Below are positions 27,625 to 37,028 of a DNA stretch of 64,000 nucleotides, one piece after another. The notes under the pieces were generated by a model. The model was not told the DNA's origin and did not search any database. It was given only the letters and a program-made list of their open reading frames with translations. Every line of letters starts with the position of its first letter. Positions within the stretch are counted from its first letter, which is position 1. A program made the position numbers and the translations under genes. Location: assembly GCA_016181265.1 (NCBI GenBank), contig JACOZP010000006.1, positions 19,962-83,961 on the forward strand. The letters are read 5' to 3'. The DNA is from Candidatus Woesearchaeota archaeon (GTDB lineage Archaea > Nanobdellota > Nanobdellia > Woesearchaeales > GW2011-AR9).

Positions 27625-30600
27625 TTAAGAGCTAATCTGATTAAATACATTCTGTGCCCAATCTTTCCCGCCTTGAGCATTATAATGGGGATCATCAGTT
27701 GCTTTACTTGCATCTGTAAACAAGCTAGAGTCAATAAACGTACAATGAGGTTCAACAACTGTTTTAAGTCCAGCCACAATTGCAGCAACCTTCGGAGCAT
27801 CTGCTTCACTCTTTCTTTTAGGAGGGCCAACCCAGTAGCATTTAGAACCGCCATTAACAGCTTGTTTTGCCAAATCGGCTGCCGCTTTAATTCGAGCATT
27901 ATATGCATCATCATTACCTACATAACTTTCAATATTTGTTCCCAGTGAGATTATAACCATGTTAGGATTAAAAGAATTTTTCAATTCAGAAAGACGCGGC
28001 TTATCTTGTCCTGTTTTTGATTGTGACATCTTCCCAGTCTCATCAATAAAATCAAGGGTAGTGCCTTTTGCACAACCTACAGGGATATAAGCAGGACCAT
28101 CTACCCATTGAGCAGGTGTCGTACAACCAATCCCATATGTCTGAACGCTCGCTCCAGTACTCATCAAGAGAGAGTGTAGGGCGGAGCCATAATTTATTTT
28201 GATATGAGAATCTCCTATATGTAATATTCTCGAACCAGAACTTGTAGTTGGAGTCGACTGCAGTGCTGCCGATGAAGAAGAAGAAAGTGCTTTGCCGTTA
28301 TTCACAGAAAACGCATTTGCTCCACTTGCCCCAGCTTTATAATAATTCAGACAAAGAGTATACGCTTTGGTTAATGTTTCGTGAGAGAAACCACTACCTT
28401 GACTATAATAACTTGTGCCTTTTGGATTATAACGAATGGAAGACCACTCCCTAGCTAGCGCATCCCAAAGAGGATCCCATTTACTTACTTCGGAACCAGC
28501 AGCTTGAACCTGACCCAGTGAAACGCCACGTTTCTGTTCAACCCGAGACCAAGCCTCTTTATCTTGTTCCTCAAAACCAAAACCATTTGGAAAGAAATTA
28601 TCACAGGCATTACCCGCACAATAAAGGAATTGGTAACGACCTGCTGCAGTAGAAGTTTCTCCCCCATTCCCAAAAGGAAACCCACCGACGGGCATTTCGC
28701 CCGTTTTTCGAGGATGCGCTGATAAACTATTAATAACCCTACAACCCAACATGATATTATAACTGGAAGCTTTTTTTGCAAAACCACAAAGAGTAGTACC
28801 CTCAGCATAAGCAATCGTATCTAACAACGCTTTTTGTTCAGGAGTCATACTTTTATCTGCCGTTGCGCATTGAATAACACCAGAGGCACTATTACCCGCC
28901 GAACTCGAAACGGTTGTTGGTTGGGATTGAATTACCTGTTTCGCATTATACGCATTCGCAAATGTCATCCACGTATTCTTTGGAGGAACCCACACTTCTC
29001 CCGCATGTATTCCCAACAACCCACCAAAAACAGTCCACGCTGAATCAATATCTTTACAACGTTGTTCAATCTGACATTTCTGAGAAATTTGTTGTGTAGC
29101 GGCAGTTGTTCCCACTTGGATACCCACTCCTGAAGTGCCTCCTCCGGCTGTTCCAGAACTACTTTTTACAACAAGCTGAACTCCAAACACTTCTTTCAGA
29201 ATTTGTGCTGCGACAGCTCGATCACCGGCATCCGTCCAATGTAAGCCATCGGCGCTACAATATTCAGATCTACAGGAATTAGTCTTAGTCGGATCGAGAA
29301 GAGTAGGATAGATGTCAACTACTTTAAGAGGACTACCCGATGATTTTAGTAGTACATTAAATTGAGTAATGCAATCATTATACGCAACATTTCCTCGCGG
29401 GGGAATTGTCAAGACCACGAATTTCTTTACGCCAGCTGCCAACGCTTTTGAGATCACGCTATTTACAGAAGCAATGCCTTCTTCAGCTGCAATCTTATTA
29501 CTTGTTGCATCTTTTGCTGCTGAACACGTATTTCCAGAAGGATCAATAATCAAAAGATCTGGTTTACCACTTAAAACAGAATCTAACAGTTCTTTTTCTT
29601 GCACTTGGATTGAATAACCTTTGCTTTGGACTACAGTAGGATCTTTTGGAAATACTGAAGTTGTAGAAGAAGAACAACTGCTTCTAATATAACTCGCATA
29701 ACTGCCGCTTCCGCCGCTTTCTACCGTATTCGAAGCACCCATAACAGCAATCTTAGAATAGCCACAGTTAACTATAGAAGAATACGTCGAAGTTAAACGC
29801 AAAGTGGCCACAACGGGATAATGATCTGATGCAACACCGGTAGTTTCACCAACAACAACTGTACCTTGAGAAGCCTGAAATCCCTTATAGAAAATATGAT
29901 CTAAATCTTGCTTCCAATCCTGATACCCATATTGATCTGTTTCAGCACAGTATGGTTTTACAGGAAATGATTTAGTATGGCCATTCGGCAATTCAATAAC
30001 ACTCAAGACAGATTTAAGAGAACTAAGACGATTTAATTCAGCATTAAAATCGCCCATAACGATAACAGGTAAAACTTCTTTGGCCACGATTCCAGCCAAT
30101 TCTTTTGCCTCACTTTCAGTGAGAGAAAAATCTTGTGCATTTTTATTAGCTTCAACACTCGCTTTCACTTTTTTAGGATCAACACATTGATGTAGACTTA
30201 ACTTTTGAGCTGCAGAAGAAAGCGGTCCAGGAAAAAGATGGGTGTTATAAACTACAACTTTCTGACCGCTAACCATAACCTCAGCGCGGAGGTAGGCACG
30301 CCCCTTATTGTCAGAAGAATAAGTATTTATCTTCGCTGAATCTAACGTCCCTTTACTTTTTCTAACAAAAATACCAACTTTAAATCCAGAGCTATCATAT
30401 GTATCTATAAATTGTTCTTTCAAAAAAGTAAAAGGATCACGAAAACCATTCGCGCCTTCCCTACCTTTATTATTTCCCTCTTGAATCACCAGAATATCTG
30501 GTTGTTGTTGTTCCACCACCGCTTTAAGATGAGCTAGAATCTGAGTATAATCCCCACATTTTTCATCGTGTCCACACGCGTAACGAATATTATAGGTCAT

Positions 30601-30705
30601 TACCTTGATATCATCTGGAGAAGAGAGACCCGGAATGTAAATAATAGCATTTACAGAGAATGTAAATAATAAAGATAATAAAAATAGAATAACACCTTTC
30701 CTCAT
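27625..30705 (-). CDS. Secreted multidomain hydrolase: EEP + SGNH + lambda-lysozyme-like (GH104) + SGNH
   Basis: Sec signal peptide. EEP: VMTYNI, PDILVIQE, NTHL, MGDFNA, LDHIF, SDHYPV. SGNH-1: MGASNT...DGLH. Lysozyme: ALLDTIAYAEGT...STAAGRYQFL...QD...EWSSI. SGNH-2: HIGDSH...LGTN...DDPH. Confidence 0.88.
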   Translation of the reverse strand: MRKGVILFLLSLLFTFSVNAIIYIPGLSSPDDIKVMTYNIRYACGHDEKCGDYTQILAHLKAVVEQQQPDILVIQEGNNKGREGANGFRDPFTFLKEQFIDTYDSSGFKVGIFVRKSKGTLDSAKINTYSSDNKGRAYLRAEVMVSGQKVVVYNTHLFPGPLSSAAQKLSLHQCVDPKKVKASVEANKNAQDFSLTESEAKELAGIVAKEVLPVIVMGDFNAELNRLSSLKSVLSVIELPNGHTKSFPVKPYCAETDQYGYQDWKQDLDHIFYKGFQASQGTVVVGETTGVASDHYPVVATLRLTSTYSSIVNCGYSKIAVMGASNTVESGGSGSYASYIRSSCSSSTTSVFPKDPTVVQSKGYSIQVQEKELLDSVLSGKPDLLIIDPSGNTCSAAKDATSNKIAAEEGIASVNSVISKALAAGVKKFVVLTIPPRGNVAYNDCITQFNVLLKSSGSPLKVVDIYPTLLDPTKTNSCRSEYCSADGLHWTDAGDRAVAAQILKEVFGVQLVVKSSSGTAGGGTSGVGIQVGTTAATQQISQKCQIEQRCKDIDSAWTVFGGLLGIHAGEVWVPPKNTWMTFANAYNAKQVIQSQPTTVSSSAGNSASGVIQCATADKSMTPEQKALLDTIAYAEGTTLCGFAKKASSYNIMLGCRVINSLSAHPRKTGEMPVGGFPFGNGGETSTAAGRYQFLYCAGNACDNFFPNGFGFEEQDKEAWSRVEQKRGVSLGQVQAAGSEVSKWDPLWDALAREWSSIRYNPKGTSYYSQGSGFSHETLTKAYTLCLNYYKAGASGANAFSVNNGKALSSSSSAALQSTPTTSSGSRILHIGDSHIKINYGSALHSLLMSTGASVQTYGIGCTTPAQWVDGPAYIPVGCAKGTTLDFIDETGKMSQSKTGQDKPRLSELKNSFNPNMVIISLGTNIESYVGNDDAYNARIKAAADLAKQAVNGGSKCYWVGPPKRKSEADAPKVAAIVAGLKTVVEPHCTFIDSSLFTDASKATDDPHYNAQGGKDWAQNVFNQISS

Positions 30706-31268
30706 CCTTCCACCCCACTACCAATAACAAACCTCTGTGTCAATGTCGCTTGTTTCGTCAACAATGGATTCCCTACCACCAATTCAAACGTATATTCTCC
30801 AACAGGCAATCCCGAAGGAACAACAAAATAATCTTTGAACAAAACAACTTCTTGATCGTTGTCGCTCACAACATCAAATTGATACTGCTGATCTGTTCCA
30901 ACATCTAACAGCACCTCGCCAGTTGGTCCCCGAATGCGATAATTCTTCACGATCTTAATCTGTCTATGATACGTGCTGCTCTCCACGCCAAAACGATAAT
31001 AGATTGGCTGACCAAATGTAAACGTCGATCCCGGCCCGAGACAATTATACGTCTCATCAACGGTACGACAGAACGAAAATTCTTTCACGACAAGTACTCC
31101 TTCGCGCGCATACGGGATAAATTCAGCATTTAAAACCGGCTCTTGTTCTCCTTCCATCTTCACCGTCACTACATTAAATTTGATCAGCAATAAGACTATC
31201 GCACTTGTTACTACAATGATAATTAAAAAGACAATTAGTTCTATCATCCCTGTAGCTTTTGTGTTCAC
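30702..31268 (-). CDS. Pilin-like protein (class III signal peptide) with Ig-like domain
   Basis: MNTKA|TGMIELIVFLIIIVV (basic leader, Glu at +5, hydrophobic helix); C-terminal GEYTFELVV beta-sandwich; start and stop overlap both neighbours. Confidence 0.7.
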   Translation of the reverse strand: MNTKATGMIELIVFLIIIVVTSAIVLLLIKFNVVTVKMEGEQEPVLNAEFIPYAREGVLVVKEFSFCRTVDETYNCLGPGSTFTFGQPIYYRFGVESSTYHRQIKIVKNYRIRGPTGEVLLDVGTDQQYQFDVVSDNDQEVVLFKDYFVVPSGLPVGEYTFELVVGNPLLTKQATLTQRFVIGSGVEG

Positions 31269-34200
31269 GAGTTCTTACACGCATCCATTAATTTCTGTTT
31301 CTGTGCTGCATCAGTGATATCAGCAATATTGTATTCATTTGTTGCCGAACCAATCTTAGGATCACAACCTTCTCCCCGCGCAGCGCTTACACACCTATGA
31401 AGATAACCGTCACCAACATCGATAGCAAAACCGTTAGCTTTACAAGCATCCGCGCCACAACGTAACAACAAATCGTTATCCGTAAACGTGAACGGCTGTG
31501 CAACCCCTGAAGGCGGAAGCCCAGTTGATTTAACACAGGACTTCGCAGTATTTGCTGTCACGCAACGATACGCATATTGCGCATTATCTCCTCCCAGATC
31601 ATTGATAGGATAATCAGAGACAGAACATTTGTTAGAAAAACTAGCAACAGCAGTTGTTCCTACCAGAACAGCTCCCCCACAAATCCCAGCATTTGCCGCA
31701 CCATATTTCCCATCTACTTCACAAAGATATTTCTTAATCTTTTGATATTCAGTGATAGCCACTACATCTGCAGGATACGGCTGCGCAGCTTGTTCTGCCC
31801 ACATCCGATTAAAAAATCCACTTAGCGCCTCTTTAATCTGCCCTTCAAACTGTGCCGGATTATTTTTACCCAACATCACAAAGCTGGCGATGTAATAATA
31901 ATACGCCAACGCATTTTCCATATCACCCCGTCGCTGATTCAACACCGTTACGGCGTATGCTTGTGTCTGCTGATAATTTCCCGAAGCGAAGCTCTGTTGT
32001 AGCCCGCTTACTGCTGTTTCCTGTTTCTGGATGCGTACTTTCTGAGTATGTGTTGGTTTTCCCAGAGAAGTCTTCACCGGTTGATTTGCCAAATAGCAGC
32101 CTCCCGCTTCATCTTTTTCTAATAACTGGTAATTGACCGTAAATTCACGGAAGTTCTGATCCTGCGTATAGACATTCTGTTCTATCGCTTGATAGACACA
32201 ACGTCTATTTGTGTCCGTCGGATTAACACCACCAAGAACATTTTGGAACGTGAACCCGCTGCCACTAAACTGAATTTGATTAATCTCAGCGATAGCAAGA
32301 TCCACATTTCCACCTTTGGAAAGATAAGCACCATTGCGATCATAGCCGGGGGTCACGAGATTAACATTTGAAGGCACAATCAACTTAACCGTACCGGGAC
32401 TACTTCCTACATCAAAACTAAACGCAAACTTATCTCCTACCGATAACGTCGTCGGACTGAGATCAAGCTTGATCGGACCGCAATTCAATCCACTATCAGG
32501 AACCGAAACCAAAATTGGCGCGCTACCGCCGAACATACTTTGCTGCACCGTACCAAGAGTATCAATTACATATTGCGCACCTTGCACGTTCTGTGCAATC
32601 TGACGTGGCGGCGCCTCCGCCAAGATGCCCGGTACTAATGGATTGACTGTTCGTTTCAAACATTGACCTTTTCCATCCGTATTCACATGCGCACGCACTT
32701 TGATCTCATCGCCTAAAACAAACAGATTCGGCGTATCACAAGGCATCCACGTTTCAGTCTTCTTATTCCAACAAGAGACGTATGGATCTTCTAAAAATGC
32801 TCCCCCGTAACCGAAGAGCGAATACAATTCCGGACACTGATAGCGTCCCGTCGTCAAGTCAACACTGCACGACAACGCGCTTGGCGGAGAAACATCGCTG
32901 ATCGGAAAGTAATAGACTGCTTTATTCCCCTGCAGGAAATCACTTTCGACGCATTTATCATAATTATCTTTTTCGCTCGGATCGAGATATAATTCCATGA
33001 CAACATGATCATAACGATACGGTGCCGTTACCCGTTGTGGTGATTCTAACGGGACAGAAAACATCTGTGCAGGAGGAAGATTGAATCCCGATGCTAACTG
33101 CTGTTCTTTCTGCGCTTCAAAAGCGGCTCCCGTATTACTCACACTCAAACAATCACAAGTTTTACCACCACAAGATTCATCTACATTCGGATTCCCTCTA
33201 TCCCCCGGACCGATACATTTCAATTTTAAGTTCCAACTCTTTACTTTACAACCGGGGAAAATAGTTGCACCAACATTATAATTAAAGATCGCCATCTGTT
33301 TCGTCGGATCATAACTGCTCAATTCTCGCGTTGCCGGAGCGACAACCGGGAATGTTTTCGACGGGAATGAATACGCCGCATCCAATAAGAAGTCTTCACT
33401 AAATAGCGGGAAGTCATAGCCAAATGCAGCAAGACAGATCGATTGAGCAAAACCCTGAGTTCCGCCTTTAAAATATTGATTTAAGACCGCATTACCATAA
33501 TCTTTACGTGCATCTTCAAACGAAGAATCTAATGCCTTCGTCATCGAGCTAAAGCCGCCCGAGATGATTGTACCTGCCTCTGCAATCGGACCTTCTTTAC
33601 CAACAGGGTCAAACGTCGTAGGGGTACAACTATTCCCTGCTAATGCAGCAATCCCTTGGTACAATAATCCACAGACTTGTTGAGTGAACAATGTCTTACA
33701 CATCCCCGCATCATGCAAGCCTGTATATTTCGCTTCGACCAAACATGCTTGCACTCCTGCCAACATACTCTGCAGCATGCGTAGATTTTTCAAGATGCCC
33801 GAAAGACAAACCGTCTGGAACGTGCCGATGATTTGCGTGTTTGGATTGATCTTTGGTTCTTTCTCTTCTGCCCGTAAATAATCAATCAGATAATTCGCAC
33901 CAAATGCTCCCGAGAAATCTCGACCGGCATAATAGCGCTCCGGTGGATAGAACGTCCCCGTTGTTCCGCCAGTCTCACTATATACTTGCGCTTGCTGGTA
34001 TGACCAGGCTTCCTGCGTCCCGGTATTTACATTCTTCGGCGTCCCCACCCGCATCGAACCACTATCGGCTATTTTTGCTGGTGTCGTTTCAGGCATGCAA
34101 ACACACTGCTGTAGCTGAGGATTACCAGCAGCATCACGCACGAAATTATTATTTGCATCACGCTTGATAAAACAATTACTGGAATACCCCGCAGCGTATC

Positions 34201-37027
34201 GTCCTTGTTGCAGAGGCTTTCCATCTTTATCATAAAACAATCCGTTCTTCTCAGTATAACATCCTTGTACCCCTTTAACATCGTCGACTCGATAACCTGG
34301 CTTCTGCGGATTGTTACAGATCGCTTGACAAGGTTGATCTTTATAGATAATAAAATTCTCTGATCCCTGCGGTTTATATGCAATCAGGCGCGGACCATAC
34401 TTCACAAATGCCGTCGATGCTACCGCATACGTATTTCCTATATGTGTTAGATAGTAAAACCCTTTCTCTTGGTCAGCTTCTTCCATACTATCTTTCGGAC
34501 GCGTCTGGATATACAGATCAGAATCCTTTGTCTGCCAACAGACATTCAAAGTATTGGCATCGATTCCTGGATCCAAGAGAATCTTATTCTTAGAGACAAA
34601 ATCTTTACAATTTTCGATTGGCATCAATGGCTCGCCGCTTCCCGTCACTGCACACTGCTGCTGGGCCTCAACACGTTTCGCAATGTCTTCACGTTCTTTA
34701 TCTTCTGTCCATCTTGCCGGCACAGCACGGCAGAACGCTCGATCCCAGCTCCACTTGTAAGCTTGATCCATCACCGCTTCAAACTTCCAGGCATTTGCTG
34801 TTGAAGGACAACGCTTCTCTAGCGAGACAGCATTCCACGCATCGCTTCCCGAGCCTGCTTGCAAAGCGTCAAGTAATTCTTTTGGCCCATTGGTAATACC
34901 TGCTTCTTTCCAATCATTCAACGTCTCTTCGAGGTAATATTGTTCAGGATGTTCACAACCTTTTGCTTTCGCATCTCCTACTGCTTTAAAAAAAGAAAAG
35001 TGATACTCTAATTTAGCAGAAAATATACGGACCCAGCGCGCAACAGTCCGCAGCATAAATGAGGCCATTCCTGTTATGCCTGTGACAATATACGCCTGTT
35101 CAATATATGGAGTGACAGTGCTAATTTGCGTGATTGTCCAGTTAAGTGTATCAATACCTTCATTTGCCAGAAAATCCGGAATCATATCTTTGCTATCGAT
35201 AGGGATATCGACAAAATAACTAAGATCGGTACAGGTATTCTGCACTTTTGTCTGACCATAAACAGCATTACCCGCCGCATCACGTTTCTCTACATCCTGA
35301 TATGTTACCTGAATCTTAAGAGGGAAGACAACTTGTCTATTTTTCAGTTCATCCCAAAAACTCTCTTTCGCATCGCTGAGATCTTCTCCCGGATGCAATG
35401 TCCAGCTTGCATAGACCGCAGATTGGTCTGGATTTGGCAATGCCCGCGTCGGACGTGAAGGTAATAGCTTACAACCGATATTAAACGTATCATCTTTTGC
35501 CATCCCTGCCGTACAAGCTTTCTCGATCTGGATGCTCGTTACTTTTGCCCCCTGTTCCAAGATTTTCCCATCACTAGAACGCACAGCGATCCCTTGACCA
35601 TTATAATTCAATTTAAAGACGGCTTGGACATCTTGCCTTCCTTGATCAACAAGTTGTGGCACGAGACGCAATGGTGCCTGAAACTCCGGAACAGATTCAA
35701 TCGCAAAATCAAGATTGCTAGAGAAACAGCTCTGGATCAAGACTTGCTGCTGCCAAGAAACACTTCGTCCTGCTTTATCTTCAGCGATCAGATAGACATA
35801 ATACGTCTGTTGCTGAGCCCCTTCGCCGAGAGGATAAATTTTAATCTTTACCAGATCAGAAGGAATTTCCTTCGGCGTCAATTTTTCGAGAGAGATATCT
35901 GTAATGGAAGACGTAAAAGAAACATCATCAAAACGGAATTCTCCTTTTTCATTTGTCGTCACCACTTCTCGCGGCCGATCGAAAGCTGGAGTAAACTCTG
36001 TCGGCAATGGCTTATAGACATAGAGATACACTTTTGCACCTGGGCTCGTCGTTCCGCTGATTGGCGAAGACGCACGTCCCTCGTAAAATTCTTTACCTCG
36101 TTCAAGTTCTGCTTTGATCGCCGGAGGCTTGGCACTGACTTCAATCATCACTTCTTCCTCCGTTAGCCAACCGGCATTATCCGTCAATTTCAGCGCAAGC
36201 TTGTTCACTCCTTCTTGCAGCGGGACAGAAGTGTCGATTTTTGCTCCCTCACCTTTAGAAACGGATTTATTGTTTACAATAATTTCATAGTTCACACTTT
36301 CTGAAACGGTCAACACCAACTTATAGGAATTCTCCGTCACAAAAGGAGGAATACTTTTCAAATCGACACTCGGTTTCTGTGCATCCGCAAACACATCTCC
36401 CGATACGTTCTGCTCATTTCCTGCCTCATCACGAGCAGTAACGACGATATTGTTCTGCGTATTCTCCGTAAGCAGCACATCCGTAAACATAAATGTTCCT
36501 TTCGTAGCATCGACCTCGCTGCCCAGCGCCGTTGCCGTGCCAGATTTTTTGCCATTAACAAGAACAGTCACCACCGTACCGACTTCCGTCTCTCCGGAAA
36601 ACGTCCAGCGTGTCCCCGCAACCCTCTCTGGAAAGTCAACTTTTAATTCTGGTGCGGTCGTATCTGGAGCAGGTGTTTCAAAGGAATAGAATTTACCTTC
36701 GTTATTATCTACAATACCATTACTCTCCACAGAGTAGATATATTTTGTTTTTGACATCAACCCACTGATCTGTAAGCTATGGCTGTTCACTATCTTCGCA
36801 TCACCGACTTTCTTTAGAGAAGAGGCATCCACTCCATAATTAACAAATGAATCTGCCGCCTCGTCTGTTGTCCAATGGATCGTCGCGCCGGAAGCGGTCA
36901 CCGGCTCAACCGTAACGCCGGAAATCTCCAGAGCCAAAGCAGCCGGAAGAAAGACGAAGAGCAGGATTATGAAGAGTGCCTGCATCTGCAACAGCTTCCG
37001 TCCTCTCTTTAGATTCTCAGTCATCAC
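31265..37027 (-). CDS. Giant cysteine-rich surface protein with N-terminal Fn3/Ig-like domains (1920 aa)
   Basis: Signal peptide; ATIHWTTDEAADSFVNYG Fn3-like domain; ARDEAGN, LTDNAGW, AEDKAGR Ig-like repeats; many Cys; central hydrophobic helices. Confidence 0.8.
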   Translation of the reverse strand: MMTENLKRGRKLLQMQALFIILLFVFLPAALALEISGVTVEPVTASGATIHWTTDEAADSFVNYGVDASSLKKVGDAKIVNSHSLQISGLMSKTKYIYSVESNGIVDNNEGKFYSFETPAPDTTAPELKVDFPERVAGTRWTFSGETEVGTVVTVLVNGKKSGTATALGSEVDATKGTFMFTDVLLTENTQNNIVVTARDEAGNEQNVSGDVFADAQKPSVDLKSIPPFVTENSYKLVLTVSESVNYEIIVNNKSVSKGEGAKIDTSVPLQEGVNKLALKLTDNAGWLTEEEVMIEVSAKPPAIKAELERGKEFYEGRASSPISGTTSPGAKVYLYVYKPLPTEFTPAFDRPREVVTTNEKGEFRFDDVSFTSSITDISLEKLTPKEIPSDLVKIKIYPLGEGAQQQTYYVYLIAEDKAGRSVSWQQQVLIQSCFSSNLDFAIESVPEFQAPLRLVPQLVDQGRQDVQAVFKLNYNGQGIAVRSSDGKILEQGAKVTSIQIEKACTAGMAKDDTFNIGCKLLPSRPTRALPNPDQSAVYASWTLHPGEDLSDAKESFWDELKNRQVVFPLKIQVTYQDVEKRDAAGNAVYGQTKVQNTCTDLSYFVDIPIDSKDMIPDFLANEGIDTLNWTITQISTVTPYIEQAYIVTGITGMASFMLRTVARWVRIFSAKLEYHFSFFKAVGDAKAKGCEHPEQYYLEETLNDWKEAGITNGPKELLDALQAGSGSDAWNAVSLEKRCPSTANAWKFEAVMDQAYKWSWDRAFCRAVPARWTEDKEREDIAKRVEAQQQCAVTGSGEPLMPIENCKDFVSKNKILLDPGIDANTLNVCWQTKDSDLYIQTRPKDSMEEADQEKGFYYLTHIGNTYAVASTAFVKYGPRLIAYKPQGSENFIIYKDQPCQAICNNPQKPGYRVDDVKGVQGCYTEKNGLFYDKDGKPLQQGRYAAGYSSNCFIKRDANNNFVRDAAGNPQLQQCVCMPETTPAKIADSGSMRVGTPKNVNTGTQEAWSYQQAQVYSETGGTTGTFYPPERYYAGRDFSGAFGANYLIDYLRAEEKEPKINPNTQIIGTFQTVCLSGILKNLRMLQSMLAGVQACLVEAKYTGLHDAGMCKTLFTQQVCGLLYQGIAALAGNSCTPTTFDPVGKEGPIAEAGTIISGGFSSMTKALDSSFEDARKDYGNAVLNQYFKGGTQGFAQSICLAAFGYDFPLFSEDFLLDAAYSFPSKTFPVVAPATRELSSYDPTKQMAIFNYNVGATIFPGCKVKSWNLKLKCIGPGDRGNPNVDESCGGKTCDCLSVSNTGAAFEAQKEQQLASGFNLPPAQMFSVPLESPQRVTAPYRYDHVVMELYLDPSEKDNYDKCVESDFLQGNKAVYYFPISDVSPPSALSCSVDLTTGRYQCPELYSLFGYGGAFLEDPYVSCWNKKTETWMPCDTPNLFVLGDEIKVRAHVNTDGKGQCLKRTVNPLVPGILAEAPPRQIAQNVQGAQYVIDTLGTVQQSMFGGSAPILVSVPDSGLNCGPIKLDLSPTTLSVGDKFAFSFDVGSSPGTVKLIVPSNVNLVTPGYDRNGAYLSKGGNVDLAIAEINQIQFSGSGFTFQNVLGGVNPTDTNRRCVYQAIEQNVYTQDQNFREFTVNYQLLEKDEAGGCYLANQPVKTSLGKPTHTQKVRIQKQETAVSGLQQSFASGNYQQTQAYAVTVLNQRRGDMENALAYYYYIASFVMLGKNNPAQFEGQIKEALSGFFNRMWAEQAAQPYPADVVAITEYQKIKKYLCEVDGKYGAANAGICGGAVLVGTTAVASFSNKCSVSDYPINDLGGDNAQYAYRCVTANTAKSCVKSTGLPPSGVAQPFTFTDNDLLLRCGADACKANGFAIDVGDGYLHRCVSAARGEGCDPKIGSATNEYNIADITDAAQKQKLMDACKNS

Positions 37028-37028
37028 G

